From Octopus vulgaris (Eukaryota): 64,000 nt of DNA. Position numbers and translations under genes: made by a program. This document shows positions 15,345 through 28,257 of the stretch, in pieces. Under the pieces are notes generated by a model. That model was not told where the DNA came from. It searched no databases and saw only the letters and a program-made list of their open reading frames with translations. The DNA is taken from assembly GCA_951406725.2 (NCBI GenBank), contig OX597824.1, positions 17,608,001 through 17,672,000 of the forward strand, written 5' to 3'. Position 1 is the stretch's first letter; every line of letters starts with the position of its first letter.

Positions 15345-15580
15345 AAGCCTAGCCAGGGTCATGGGCCCGGTTTCCTGGTTTCTATGGCGTATGTGTTCCC
15401 CAGCTGGACGGGACGCCAGTCCATCGCAGCGTTACTCATTTTTGCCAGCTGAGTGGACTGGTGCAACATGAAATGAAGTGTTTTGCTCAAGAACACAACG
15501 CGTCACCCGGTCCAGGAATCGAAACCACAATCTTACGATCATAATGCTGACACACTAACCACTAAGCCACGCGCCTCCAC
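15345..15580 (-). mobile_element. SINE with B-type head, CORE-like middle and V-domain-like segment
   Basis: Minus strand GTGGAGGCGCGTGGCTTAGTGG...TTCTTGAGCAAAACACTT...GCGATGGACTGGCGTCCCGTCCAG. Confidence 0.75.
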
Positions 15581-15789
15581 ATGTATGTATATATGTATGT
15601 ATGTATACATGCACGTATGCATGCATGTATGTATATGTGCAGATTTGTATGTATTTTCCAATTCCGCCGAGGTCGACTTTTCGCTTTATTCTTTTGAGGT
15701 CGACAAATTAAACCAGTTGCATACTGGGGTCCATCTAAAAAATTCGAGCTTTGTGCCTAGAGTAGATAAGATAATATATAAGGTTACGA

Positions 15790-16890
15790 TGGCGACGAGC
15801 AGGCAGAAACGTTAGCACGCCGGGCGAAATACGTCTGTCTTTATGTTCTGAGTTCAAATTTCGCCGAGGTCGACTTTACCTTTCATTCTTTCGGGGTCGA
15901 TTAAATACTAATACCTGGGAGTTACGCACTGGGGGAGCTGAACAGACGGACTTAATCCGGCTACTGTCTGTCCATCTAAGCTCTCGGTGTTTATCCCCTT
16001 GTGGGTAGTTAAGAAATAGGTAGTTAAGAAATAGTGTACCGAGCCTGCGTGCTGAGGACCCTACTCTACGGCAGCGAGAGCTGGACAACATACACCCAGC
16101 AAGAATGCCGCCTCAGCGGCTTCCACATGCGGTGTCTTCGACGGATCCTTGGCATCTCCTGGAAGGACCGAGTACCAAACGGAGTCATCCTAGAATAGAC
16201 TAATATGCCAAGCATGCATGCCCTCCTCGTGCGGAGACGACTGCGCTGGCTCGGACACGTCTGCCGCATGCAGGACGGTCGCATGCCTAAAGACATCCTG
16301 TACAGCGAACTCACAAGCGTGACCTGAGGACTGCCAACATCTGTGTGGACACGTGGGAGGTAACAGCTGCTGACCGCTCTGCCTGGCGTCGGGCAGTGAG
16401 GAAAGGCGTTTCCATGGCTGAGGAAAGGAGAGCACAGCTGTGGTCGGACAGGCGGGACAGGAGGAGGACAACTGCAGCAACACCCCACACTTACCCATCG
16501 ATGTTCGTGTGCAGCAACTGTACCAGGGACTGCCACTCTAGAATTGGACTCTTCAGTCACAGCAGACGCTGCTCATCATCAAAGTAGGCCCCACCCTTGG
16601 CGCGACCCATTGTCTATCAAGACAGACGGGGGAAAGAATTTTGTCTGCCGTTACGTTGTGAGTTCAAATTCCGCCGAGGTCGACTTTGCCTTTCATCCTT
16701 TCGGTGTCAATATATTAAGTACCAGTTACGCACTGGGGCCAATGTAATCGACTAAATCCGTTTGTCTGTCCTTGTTTGTCCTCTCTGTGTTTAGCCTCTA
16801 GTGGGTAGTAAAGAAATAAGTATTTCGTCTGTCTTTACGTTCTGAGTTCTCACCCAAAATTTCGGACCTTGTGCCTAGAGTAGTAAAGAA
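15790..16890 (+). mobile_element. Multimeric SINE A array interrupted by an RTE LINE fragment
   Basis: Body with tail 1 (15790-16034), RTE insert, body with tail 1 (16638-16820), then a deleted body with tail 2 (to about 16890). Confidence 0.8.
16040..16632 (+). pseudogene. 3' end of an RTE-clade (BovB-like) LINE ORF, degenerate
   Basis: Translates TLLYGSESWTTY...FHMRCLRRILGISWKDRVPN...RRLRWLGHVCRMQDGRMPKDILYSEL...W..AADRSAWR...CSNCTRDCHSRIGLFSHSRRC; contains a stop and an internal deletion. Confidence 0.92.
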
Positions 16891-16899
16891 GATTATTGG

Positions 16900-17234
16900 A
16901 TTCAATGAGTAGTTCCCTTGAAAAGCGAGAATATGTTTGAGCGCATTCTTTTTCCCAAAGAGCATGATTCAAATTTTCCCTCATTTGGCGGATGTTGTTT
17001 GTGTCCGCCCATTGGCTTATAGCATGTAGATCAGAGTACAGATTGGTCTCCTTCTCCATTGATACTTTTCTCCATTTGTTTACTCTTACATGTTTTAGTC
17101 ATCACATTGTGGCCTTGAAGAATTTTCAGTTCCATGAATTGATCCCAGTACGTAGTCTATCGGTATTTTATGTCGAACCGCTATATTAAAGGGATATAAA
17201 GACAGCAACGACATGTTGTCAACTGATCGTGTGG

Positions 17235-17304
<70 letters not shown>

Positions 17305-17660
17305 CACAACAGGCTTCTTCCAGTTTCCGCCTACCAAATACATTCACAGGCTTTGGGTCGACACGAGGCTACAATAAAAATCAATTGCCCAAAGTGTCAA
17401 GCAAGCGGGACTGAACCTCGAATCATGTGATGGAGAAGTAAGCTTAGATAGCTTTCTGAAGCTTGCAAATATATCTATTTAGCTGTATTTGACGACTCTT
17501 GGGATATCCTTTATATAAACTATAAAAAAAACCGGGCCCACGAAAGTCCCCTTGCGTGGACCACCAATCGCTTCATGTTGTGTTCTGTTCGGCAGGAAAT
17601 ACTTCACCCAATGCAGAAGTAACTTTTCACAATAAGCTTGTCGGTGACGTCTTAATTTCG
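16900..17660 (-). pseudogene. Old CR1/L2-type reverse transcriptase fragment, split by a SINE C copy at about 17075-17450
   Basis: LLHWVKYFLPNRTQ..GPRKGTFVGPVFFIVYIKDIP (degenerate GVPQGSVLGP..F..YINDLP) and LYSDLHAISQWADTNN. Confidence 0.7.
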
Positions 17661-17744
17661 GCCTGGTCAACACACGGAATTGATTGTGTAATCCCTTCTT
17701 GCGTAATTATTCTTCACGTCCTTTTTGTACTTCTTCCTTTTTTT

Positions 17745-18130
17745 TTTCCGTTTTCTCTCTGCTCTCAATATTCTGTAGTTATCTTTATGTCTTCTTGAAC
17801 TTCTATATTTCTTAACTTACCTTGGATTTCATACAGTCACTCCACTTCATCATTAGGCTCTGCAAGTTGGTCCCAGATCCCTAGCCAGAGTGCCTTGCTT
17901 TCTTCTGCATCTGGTATCATTGTTACGTGTTCCTGAAAGTTTTTCTTCTTATTTGCTTCAAAAAATCTGTTTTGCCTGAGCTGCTTTTTTCTATTGTCAT
18001 ATCTTTCAGTTTTGCTTTGATCCTTACTACGCTTTGTTTTAATTCTTTTCTTCCCATATCACATCATAACTTTTATCTCTTATATTTTTGGATGTTCTTT
18101 CCAGCATTATTCTTATGCATTCCTTCTGCG
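17745..18130 (-). pseudogene. Old R4/Dong-like LINE fragment (pre-RT region)
   Basis: RYDNRKKQLRQNRFFEANKKK...IPDAEESKALWLGIWDQ..EPNDEVE*LYEI...QEDIKITTE resembles the region upstream of RT in R4/Dong elements. Confidence 0.7.
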
Positions 18131-18354
18131 ATTCCCTTCTTCCATTTCGCTTTCACGCATCGTCAAAATCCCTTTCTACTGGGTTCACTCCTGATCTAGC
18201 ACTCAATTAACGTTCTGTTTGCCTCCTTATCCTACCTTCTCTTCCTCTACCTTTGTAAATGAGCAATGTTCCGATGAAGCCCGGGCCTGTGCTGCTCAAC
18301 CACAGGGCACCTGCCGAGCTAAAGGCTTTCACCTTTTTTGTACACCACCTGTCT

Positions 18355-18556
18355 TTGGGTGTGTGTCTGTGTTTGGTCTCCCAATATCGCTTGACAACCG
18401 ATGCTGGTGTTTTTTTGGTCGGCAAAAGTGACCGATAGAATAAGTACTAGGCTCACAAAGAATAAGTCCTGGGGTCGATTTGCTCGAATAGAAGTGGTGC
18501 TCTAGCATGACCGCAATCAAATGACTGAAACAAGTAAAAGAGAGTAAAAGAGAGTA
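18355..18556 (+). mobile_element. SINE family C, 3' half
   Basis: TTGACAACCGATGCTGG...CAAATGACTGAAACAAGTAAAAGAGAG tail. Confidence 0.85.
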
Positions 18557-18959
18557 CATATGTTGACGTTACTATACCACAACACAGAAATTAAGTTTAC
18601 AGCAAGATAGTCCGAAGCTTATAAGAGATGAGATTGAACAAGATAAAATAGTAGTCACCGTCGTGAGATACTTAAAGTTATTCCTAGTTTGTTGCACTCA
18701 CCGCTAGTCACTGTTTTTGTGTTGTGACACAGCTCTGGTCAGCTGCTGGATTACTGCTACACTCTGCTGGCTGCTGGCCGCTGGCTACTGCCTCCGTCTG
18801 CTGTCTCTGCCTGTTCTCTGCTATGGGCTAATGGCTAAAACTGCTGAATACACGGTGATGATCCTGGTCAGAAAAGCGAACGAAAGATGAAATTGTTATT
18901 AGAGCCGGTCCCACTTGAAGTCGTGAATGGTCAGGCATTTTGATGCCGTCGGTAATATT

Positions 18960-19110
18960 TATTTCATTATTGCCCACATGGGGCTAAACATAGAGGTGAC
19001 AAACAACGACAGACAAAGGGATTAAGTCGATAACATCGACTCCAGTGCGTTAACTGGTACTTAATATATCGACCCCGAAAGGATGAAAGGCTATGTCGAT
19101 CTCGGCGGAG
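18960..19110 (-). mobile_element. SINE family A, 5'-truncated, tail 1
   Basis: Tail 1 plus central domain only. Confidence 0.8.
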
Positions 19111-19754
19111 GAATCCTGAGCGTGTTTTTTTCTTCCCCCTCGGGTTTAGTAATTCGGTTCGTTTTCTAGATTTTGCAATTGTTAAATATTCCTGCTAATA
19201 TATTTTCGAAGATGACCGCTTGCGAGCTGAGCGAGGTTTGGTTGATATTTCTAGCAAAATACGTGACCAAATAAGTTCTCTTCTATTGACTCGTATAAAT
19301 CTTCATTGGTTTGCCACATATGGAATTTAAGCGGAGTGAGCAAATATAACCAGTGTAGATTTTCAGCTGACAGCAAACATGGTCAGACACGAACGCAGGT
19401 TTACTTTCTACGGAGCTGTTACCCAACAGCCAATAAAGCAAATGAAAAAAAACGAAGAACTTAAACATTGATAATGAGTTCTGATGTCTCGAGACTATTC
19501 TTTCTTGTGGTTGTTCAATAATAAGAATGTTTATCTGCAACGAAATCGAAGACAGTTAATCAAGAGAATGTGTAGAACAATTACTTGAAAGAGATAAGCT
19601 CGACGACGAAGTTGCTAAAATCTGGCGTTTATTAACTTCTACGCAAGTCTATTACAAGCTCTCTCTTCGCAGCACCAAAGAATTTCTAAAATTGTAAATT
19701 CATTCTTTTTGGCTTTGTTTCACTCCAACACTATTCGATGTTTCTTCATAGTGT

Positions 19755-20170
19755 GTTTCTTTATTACCCACAAGGGGCTAAACGTAGAGGGGACAAACAA
19801 GGACAGACAAACGGATTAAGTGGATTACATCGACCCCATTTTGTAAATGGTACTTAGTTTATCGACCCCGAAAGGATGAAAGGCAAAGTCGACCTCGGTG
19901 GAATTTGAACTCAGAATGTAGTGGCAGACGAAATACCTATTTCTTTACTACCCACAAGGGGCTAAACATAGAAGGGACAAACAAGGACAGACAAACGGAT
20001 TAAGTCGATAATATCGACCCCAGTGTGTAACTGGTACTTATTTAATCGACCCCGAAAGGATGAAAGGCAAAGTGAACCTCGGCGGAATTTGAACTCAGAT
20101 CGTAACGGAAGACGAAATACGACTACGCATTTCGGCCGGCGTGCTAACGGTTCTGCCAGCTCGCTGCCCT
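19755..20170 (-). mobile_element. SINE family A, compound copy (two tail 1 units)
   Basis: Junction GAAATACCTATTTCTTT at 19930-19946. Confidence 0.88.
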
Positions 20171-20203
20171 CGTAAATATTTAAAAGAAAAGTACTTATTA
20201 TCT

Positions 20204-20275
20204 TAGCAGAGCGTAGTTTCGATCTACGGACCTCTGAGTTGTGGGCCCAGCACGCTTCCACTGCGCCACTCTGCT
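20204..20275 (-). tRNA. Initiator tRNA-Met-type gene with variant anticodon CAC (possible pseudogene)
   Basis: AGCAGAGTGGCGCAGTGGAAGCGTGCTGGGCCCACAACTCAGAGGTCCGTAGATCGAAACTACGCTCTGCTA: 72 nt, A1:U72, C33 and T-loop AUCGAAA as in metazoan tRNA-iMet; TTTTCTTTT Pol III terminator about 12 nt downstream; no encoded CCA. Confidence 0.9.
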
Positions 20276-20454
20276 ATACTAGATGTTTCTTCATATATGC
20301 TATACAATAAAGGGTTGTTTGTAACTGTAAAGTTAATAAAATTAAACGATGCAGGAACAACTGGCAGCCAGTTCACCATTGTTAGAAAACATTGTAGTGA
20401 GATTGTGTCCCTGATAGTTAGTGCATGCAGTGGGGTTTGAATATTAAATGATGC

Positions 20455-20815
20455 CCTTAAATGAAGAATAGTGTAGCTTATAAAGTACACTAAGAATAGT
20501 ATAGCTTATAGCTCATAATGTGGAGTCCCATGGCCTAGTGGCTAGAGCAGCGGACTCGCGGTCATGGGATCGCGGGTTCGAATCTCAGAAAGGGCGATGT
20601 GTTTGTTTATGAGCGAAATACCTAAGCTCCACGCGGCCCCGGCAGGACGTAATGGCGAACTTCTGCTGACTCTCTCGAAACACATTTTTTTCACTCTTCC
20701 TTCCTGCATCTTGCAACTCACCCGCGACGGAGCGGCGTCCCGTCCAGGTGGGGAACCTATGCGCCAAGGAAACCGGCCCTTTTGAGCCAGGCATGGCTCG
20801 AGAAGGAACAAAGCA
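20455..20815 (+). mobile_element. SINE family B, tail type iii, with AT-rich leader
   Basis: Leader AAGAATAG..TAGCTTATAGCTCATAAT, tRNA-like head at 20520, tail GCGACGG..CGGCGTCCCGTCCAGG...GCTCGAGAAGGAAC. Confidence 0.85.
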
Positions 20816-21234
20816 AAAAGCTCATTATGACTGAAATGGCAAAGTAATGTTAAGTATAAATGTTTTCTGATAAATAGGGCGTAGTAGCGACATAAATATA
20901 ACGCAAGCACCAACAAAATACAATACCAAAATTGAATAGGAAAATCATGATTGTCAGTGTGGCGTATGCAGCTGTTGGATTTATAGACTCAATTGTTTAT
21001 TTAGACACATAGCCGTGCGGATTATATTGTAATATGCCCGAACGACATATTTGAAGAAAGCGTGTTGATAGACAAGTCTAATACTTTGATTTATTTGAAA
21101 ATTTTAGTCAGCTAATCATTCACATCTCAGCAAGCAAGTGAAGAACATACCTGTGTGTGCTTGTGTGTGTTTGTGCTTGCGTATGTGTGTATATACACAC
21201 ATATATATACGTATAAATATACACGCAAGTTACG

Positions 21235-21317
<83 letters not shown>

Positions 21318-21320
<3 letters not shown>

Positions 21321-21842
21321 CGGAGATGTACTTGCATAGCAAGTGATTTGATCTGAGATCGTGTGCTGGAACGAAAACAATTGCAGCGTGGAAGGTGTTT
21401 GTAAGCCATTTAAGAAACACACAAAAGCCGTTCGACCTGTTCACTTACAAAAATCCGTACTGCATCTCTTGTGTGTTTCTTAAATGGCTTACAAACACCT
21501 TCCACGCTGAATGGACGGTGCTGAGTTGTCAAACATTTAAACCAAATTTCTGAAAACAAATTGCCGGACCGTCCCATAGGCCTCCCCTTTGAGAAACACT
21601 GATTTAACCTAAATTTGAGACAACAGCAAAAGTCGGATTTCGACTGATGTACTTGCGCATAAAAATGCAAGTTCCTACGACTTTATCGATCGCATTCTCA
21701 CCTGGAATCGATTTTTGTACTTTTTTCATGACTTGTACACGCCCTGATACCGTTGGTATCTACATATCAAATTTTAGCGCAATCGGATGGAGGATGACCG
21801 AGATCCTAGAAGACACACAGACAGACAGAACAGATTTTATAT

Positions 21843-21845
<3 letters not shown>
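21318..21845 (+). mobile_element. Helitron/Helentron-like non-autonomous element within (TA)n, with internal 41-bp inverted repeat
   Basis: 3' part ATATCAAATTT..AATCGG...GACACACAGACAGACAG...TTTTATATA is typical of HINE/Lep1-like elements; perfect IR at 21384-21424 and 21469-21509. Confidence 0.55.
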
Positions 21846-21898
<53 letters not shown>

Positions 21899-21904
21899 TA
21901 TATA

Positions 21905-22108
21905 TAAAGGGAAAGTCTACGAAAATAAACAAAAGATGAAGGCAGGTGGTGTACAAAACAAACAGATGTATTAGTATAGCGCTCAGGAATAGAAAAAGTC
22001 TTTTACGTTTCGAGCCTACGCTCTTCTACAAAAAGATACACAGAAAAAAACAAGGAGAGAACCAAGGAGAGAAAAAATGTGTGTAGTAGGTAACGATCTA
22101 TCATGGCG

Positions 22109-22110
<2 letters not shown>
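21905..22110 (-). mobile_element. Penelope-type non-autonomous fragment with degenerate minimal hammerhead
   Basis: Minus strand TCTTT TTGTAGA A GAGC GTAG GCTC GAAA CG TA AAAGA; flanked by (TA)n; related to 31680-31825. Confidence 0.6.
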
Positions 22111-22151
<41 letters not shown>

Positions 22152-23617
22152 TTACATATGAATAATAACAGACGATGGATGATTGTCAGCTCATTGGAGT
22201 TGTTTCTTACGTATTTTTTAATAGAAGGAGAAAATTACTCCATTGCAAAAAACCGTAATCACCAGATGAAACAAAATTTCAAGAACAATCCACCTTGTTT
22301 GTATTTATTTAATGTCATTCACAAACCATTATCGAATCCCAGCTATATTCAAATACACGTTCCCAAATACACACGGTGGTGTCGAGCGTTGATCTTTGGA
22401 CTGCTTCTCTATATCAGCTTCGCGAAAAGCATTGAGAAATCTCAGGATGTAAACCTGGCTAAAAACGATACAACTGTACAGAGAAAAATATATTTAGAAC
22501 CACAGGAAAACAATAGAAATGTTAGTGTTAATAACAAATGAAATGTAGCAGGCTTTGAAAGACGTCTCTAGAAATAATTATGCGTAAGGTTAAAACTTAA
22601 TTAAACATGAGATTCAGGATTCGATTTTATCTTCGCTCCAAAAAACTCTCTCTAACCCAACGTCATTTTTCTTCTTTCTTCTATAGTCACAAGGCCTTAA
22701 ATTTTGAATGAGATGACTAGATGATTACATTGACCTTAGTGGTCAGCTGATACTTATCTTCTCGACCCTCAAGGGCGAAATTCGACGTCGACCACCGTGG
22801 AATTTGAACAAAGAATGCAAAACCAGAGAAATTCCACTAAGCAATTTACCCGTCATGCTAACGATTCTGCCAGCAACCCGCTTCGTATAAGAGCACAATT
22901 ATAAACTTAAATTCAGGCAGGTAGATTCCGTGTGAAAGCCTCTTGGTTGAACTGTATAATTTCTTGTTTAGGAGACTTAAACTGTCCCTTACTTTCACAA
23001 CATAATCTAGATCTGGTTTGATCTTAGCAGAATTCACTCTTAAGTGAGTATTATTACCACGTCTGTAGATTGTGGGTAAGGTATGAGTCGGCTATTTTAA
23101 CCCTCGAAATTAACCCTGGGTGCTTGTCTTTCTGATCACCATAAGCTAAACAATAAACCATTCAGACAACAGAACAGAACAGAATATAATTACGTACAAG
23201 AGGAGTCGCGTATGTTTATTTAAAAAGAATTTTTTTGAGCCATTGAGTTATATAATGATGTTTAATCCATAATCACTCGTATAAGCTTTACAAATATAAA
23301 ACTAAATATTCCGAGAACAAACATAAATGGTACTTAACTAATCATAAAACTGTGCAGGAGAAGGAATTAAAAGTTTACGAAAGCCGTACGTAATTGAATA
23401 TAATTCAAACTGTACAATGAGAATGTTATGGTTATAATGGAAATAACCGCGGGATACAGATGCAATCCAACCTGTCATTCATTAAATACTGCATCCTCTT
23501 TCTTCATAAACGTCATATCGTCATATATGTAAATTATCTTTGTCTGCCGCACTTGCGCATACGCACATATATACGCACACTCGGGCACACACATATACAT
23601 GTATATGTGTATGTATG

Positions 23618-23648
<31 letters not shown>

Positions 23649-23749
23649 ACATATATATATGTATATGTGTGTGTGTCTGTGTTTGTGTATGTGTGTATAT
23701 ATGTTTGTATTTATATATGCATATATATATATATATATATGTATGTATA

Positions 23750-23784
<35 letters not shown>

Positions 23785-24069
23785 ATATGTATATATGTAT
23801 CTATTTGTATATGTATATATGTATGTATATATATGTGTATATATGTATGTATGTATTTATATATGCATATATATATATATATGTATGTATTTATATATGC
23901 ATATATGTATATATATATATATATATGTATGTATTTATATATATATGTATGTATTTATATATGTATATATGCATATATGTATGTATATATGTGTATACGT
24001 TTATTTATGCGCCACACACGACCCCTCTCGCTAACTTTCTATCGCTTCATCTGATCCGTATATGTGCGC

Positions 24070-24137
<68 letters not shown>

Positions 24138-25879
24138 GCACATACACATATACATATGAGCATATAAGTGCTTGCGTAATTAGGAATGTATGCGCCTGTG
24201 TGTTTCTGAATTGCTTCGAAATGATAATTTGAAATGAATCCTAATTTGAATCAAATGACATTTATATCTAAATGAATTGTAATACAATATTAGAAATATC
24301 TTTTGAAATGAAAGTTATATGCCGCCTACTTGTTATAGTTGCAGAAATACACGTATGCAAATCGATATGTGAGCGCATGTGTATGTGTGTATGAGGGTGT
24401 ATATGTCTCTACACCTATCTCACCCTCTCTCTCACAGTATCTATATTTATATATGTATATATATGCTTATATATACGTATATCTGTTTTATATATGCATA
24501 TATATATATATTTGCGCATATGTATATTGATATATGTATATATATATGTGTATTCACACAAACCTTTATGTATATACCTATATGTATCTATCTACCAATA
24601 TATATATATATATATGTATGTATATATATATACATACATATATATATATATATATGTACATATATACATATAAGCACTCGCATACATATGTATTTAATAT
24701 ATATACGTGCTTATGTGTGTATGAGCGTGTGTGTGCCTCTGTGTGTCTGGTGTGTGTGTGTGTGTGTGTGTGTTTGTGTGTGTATTGAATTAATTAATCA
24801 TACATATTTTATACATGAATAGCTTAAGAATTACATAAGCACGTTTATAATTATACACACACACACACAAACACACAAACACACACACATACAAACACAC
24901 ACCCACATATACTCTATCTCTCTCATACATAGAAACATGCATGCACACACATTAAACTTAAGTATTTTGAAGAAGAATTGGCAAGATGCAAGAAGAGTAG
25001 ATATTATTAAGAAATACTCTTCAGAATCGTTGGGTTTATTTCTTCATAACGTCGAAAAGATGCGTAACAAAAGAAAAATATTTGAATTTTTATCAATTTT
25101 TTAAAATATTTTATATAAGCCATTTATTTTTGCTACATTTTTAATTTTGTTATACTGGAATATTTTTACAAAGAATCGTAAGGAAATATCATAAAGTAAC
25201 ATTTCAAAATTTCTCTGCAAGAAATACGATAACCTTTATAAACAGGCAGGACTTCACAGAATTGATGGATGCATGTTGATGCTCATTTTTGAAAACGTTG
25301 GATCAGTGGAGATATTGAATAATAGGGAAATCTGTTACAAACAATATGTATAAACTGAAATCTGAATGGATTTCATGCATTTAAATGTACAAAATAAAGA
25401 GAAATGATAAAGAAATGAATAAATTAATTGATTGATACGTATATAAATACATATATATATATATATAGAAATGAGTACAAACTCTTATAGATAGACAAAT
25501 GAGAACGTCTATTCACGTATGCATATGAATATGCCATCAGTTTAATCATTGAAGCGCCCCATGTGTACGCGCCTGGTTTTGAAGTGTAACCCAGGTATGT
25601 TGCATTTGATATATGCAGATGTCAATGAATCTGCGAAGAATTCATTATTCGCGTTAAGACGTTCGAACAATTACTTGGTATGTGGCATATGTCAATCAAC
25701 TCATGATTAAGTACAAGGAAAGAACAAACACACGCACTTAAACCACACTCATAGCTATTCGAACATCCAAATATATGAATATACATACACACATACGCCT
25801 ATATGTACGTGAGTACACATATATGTATGTATATATATGTATATGTATGTATATATATGTATGTGTATATATATATATC

Positions 25880-25921
<42 letters not shown>

Positions 25922-25930
<9 letters not shown>

Positions 25931-26218
25931 ATCACGTGACCGACCAGTCCATCAGATGTAGTTACACGTCGCTGGTCACAATGTGCTCGCATTGTTTTAG
26001 CCTTCGAATGACGCCACCCCGCTGGCTAAGCGAGCAGTCCAACAGACGAAAGAGTGAGAGAAAGAGTGGTGAAAGAGTACAGCAGGGATCACCACTCCCT
26101 GCCGGAGCGTCGTGGAGCTTTTAGGTGTTTTCGCTCAATAAACACGCACAACGCCCAGTCTGGGAATCGAAACCGCGATCCTGCGACCGCGAGTCCGCTA
26201 CCCTAACCACTGGGCCAC
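25922..26218 (-). mobile_element. SINE family B, tail type ii, ending in (TA)n
   Basis: B-type head plus tail ...CATTGTGACCAGCGA..TGT..AACATCTGATGG.CTGGTCGGTCACGTGAT; sister copy at 35308-35620. Confidence 0.85.
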
Positions 26219-26224
26219 TGTGTG

Positions 26225-26273
<49 letters not shown>

Positions 26274-26433
26274 AATATAGGTGTAAAAAGTTTGAATGTA
26301 GATTCGTCCTTTCATTGTAGGTTTCCAAAACAAATTTTTAATGTTAATTCTTCATACTTTGCTGGTAGTTTACGAAGATATGAAAGTAATACTTGTATAT
26401 AATGTATGGTATGTGTATGTATGTATATGTGTA

Positions 26434-26467
<34 letters not shown>

Positions 26468-27057
26468 TTTTTTTCAATATGTGACCGCGTGTGTATCGTT
26501 GTCGATTTTCTTTCTCCGTCTTCCCTTCTTTGGACCTTTAAGTGTTTCTACACATCTCTACAGATACTGTATAGAATTCAAATTCAGAGCTGAAATTTAC
26601 GACTTTTACATAGACGTATTCGTATATGTATTGACTTATATACCTTTATTATATTTAGTAGTATATTTTTGTTGCAAAACGAAATACGGTGTCTCTACCA
26701 GTAATTAATATGAAGATACCAACCACCAGGAATGTTTTTAATATGTGAATTAGTCCATCCAGTAGTGTTACACCACTAATCTCGGTGGGTATTTAAACAG
26801 CATGTTCGTAGACAGTTAATGGGTTGGATGTGATACTGATGAAAGAGTAATAACTCCTAAAATATGGATATACACTCATTACCTACTTTTCTGTTTTCGA
26901 TCCCGTTGTTAACATAAATGTATTCGTATAAGAAACGCCGTAATATATTGTCTCTGTAGCAAGGTTCAGACTCTAACACATGTTACTTTGTCATGGTTGT
27001 TTGTGTCTTTCTTGATAATTAATCCAAGAAACTAGAAGCACATAATCTATTTGCCTG

Positions 27058-27203
<146 letters not shown>

Positions 27204-27204
27204 A

Positions 27205-27456
27205 TTGGGGGCGGGGCGAACCCTGCTGTACTTTTTCCCCACATCTTTCTCTCACTCTTTCTTCCTACTTCTGTTGTACCTGTATTTCTAAGGGCCAGTC
27301 TTGTCACGCTCTGTATCACGCTGAATCTCCCCGAGAACTACGTTAAGGGTACACGTGTCTGTGGTGTGCTCAGCCACTTGCACGTTAATTTCACGACCAG
27401 GCTGTTCCGTTGATTGAATCAACTGGAACCCTCGTCGTCGTAACCGACGGTGTGCC
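27205..27456 (+). mobile_element. SINE family B, 5'-truncated, tail i
   Basis: Matches 8600-8845; lies between (TATC)n and (TAG)n. Confidence 0.85.
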
Positions 27457-27510
<54 letters not shown>

Positions 27511-27652
27511 ATATGTATATGCATATCATACATCACTTAGTTTTCAGGCACAAAGGCTTTTGAATTGAACTATATCTAGAAAAATCTTTTTGTGGTAGTT
27601 CCAGATGCAGGCTTATGGAGTTTAAAAAGATCACTACAATAGAAAAAAAACA

Positions 27653-27810
27653 AGGCACAAGAGTGGCTGTGTGGTAAGTACCTTGCTTAACAACCTCATG
27701 GTTCCGGGTTCAGTCCCACTGCATGGCACCTTGGGCAAGAGTATTCTACTACACGGCCGACCAAAGCCGTGTGAGTGGATTTCGTAGACGGAAACTGAAA
27801 GAAGCCCGTC

Positions 27811-27881
<71 letters not shown>

Positions 27882-28257
27882 TAAGCCAAACAAGAAAACA
27901 AAAACAAAAAAAACAACAACGCAAGGACGTGGAACAAATAAAGTATTATTGGACGCTCAGGAAAGAAGAGAAGAAGGAGGGTTTGACGTTTCGAGCGGAG
28001 CTCTTCGTCGGAAACATAGGAGAAGGTGTGTGCATATGTTTGTGTGTCTGTGTTTGTCCCACCAGCATCGCATGACAGCTGATCCTGGTGTGTTTACGGC
28101 CTTGTGACGTAGCGGTTCGGCAAAGGAGACCGATAGAATAAGTACTAGGCTCACAAAGAATAAGTCCTGGGGTCGATTTGCTCGACTAAAGGTGCTGCTT
28201 CAGCATGGCCACAGTCAAATGACTGAAACAAATAAAAGAGTAAAAGAGTAAAAGAGC
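27653..28257 (+). mobile_element. SINE family C with a Penelope-type fragment inserted in its internal (TA)n
   Basis: Head 27653-27812, (TA)n, foreign insert at about 27878-28025, then 3' half and (TAAAAGAG)n. Confidence 0.85.
27981..28015 (-). ncRNA. Minimal type I hammerhead ribozyme-like motif (Penelope type)
   Basis: GUUU CCGACGA A GAGC UCC GCUC GAAA CG UC AAAC: stem I GUUU/AAAC, core CCGANGA (U4C variant), stem II, GAAA, palindromic stem III, GUC triplet. Confidence 0.65.
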
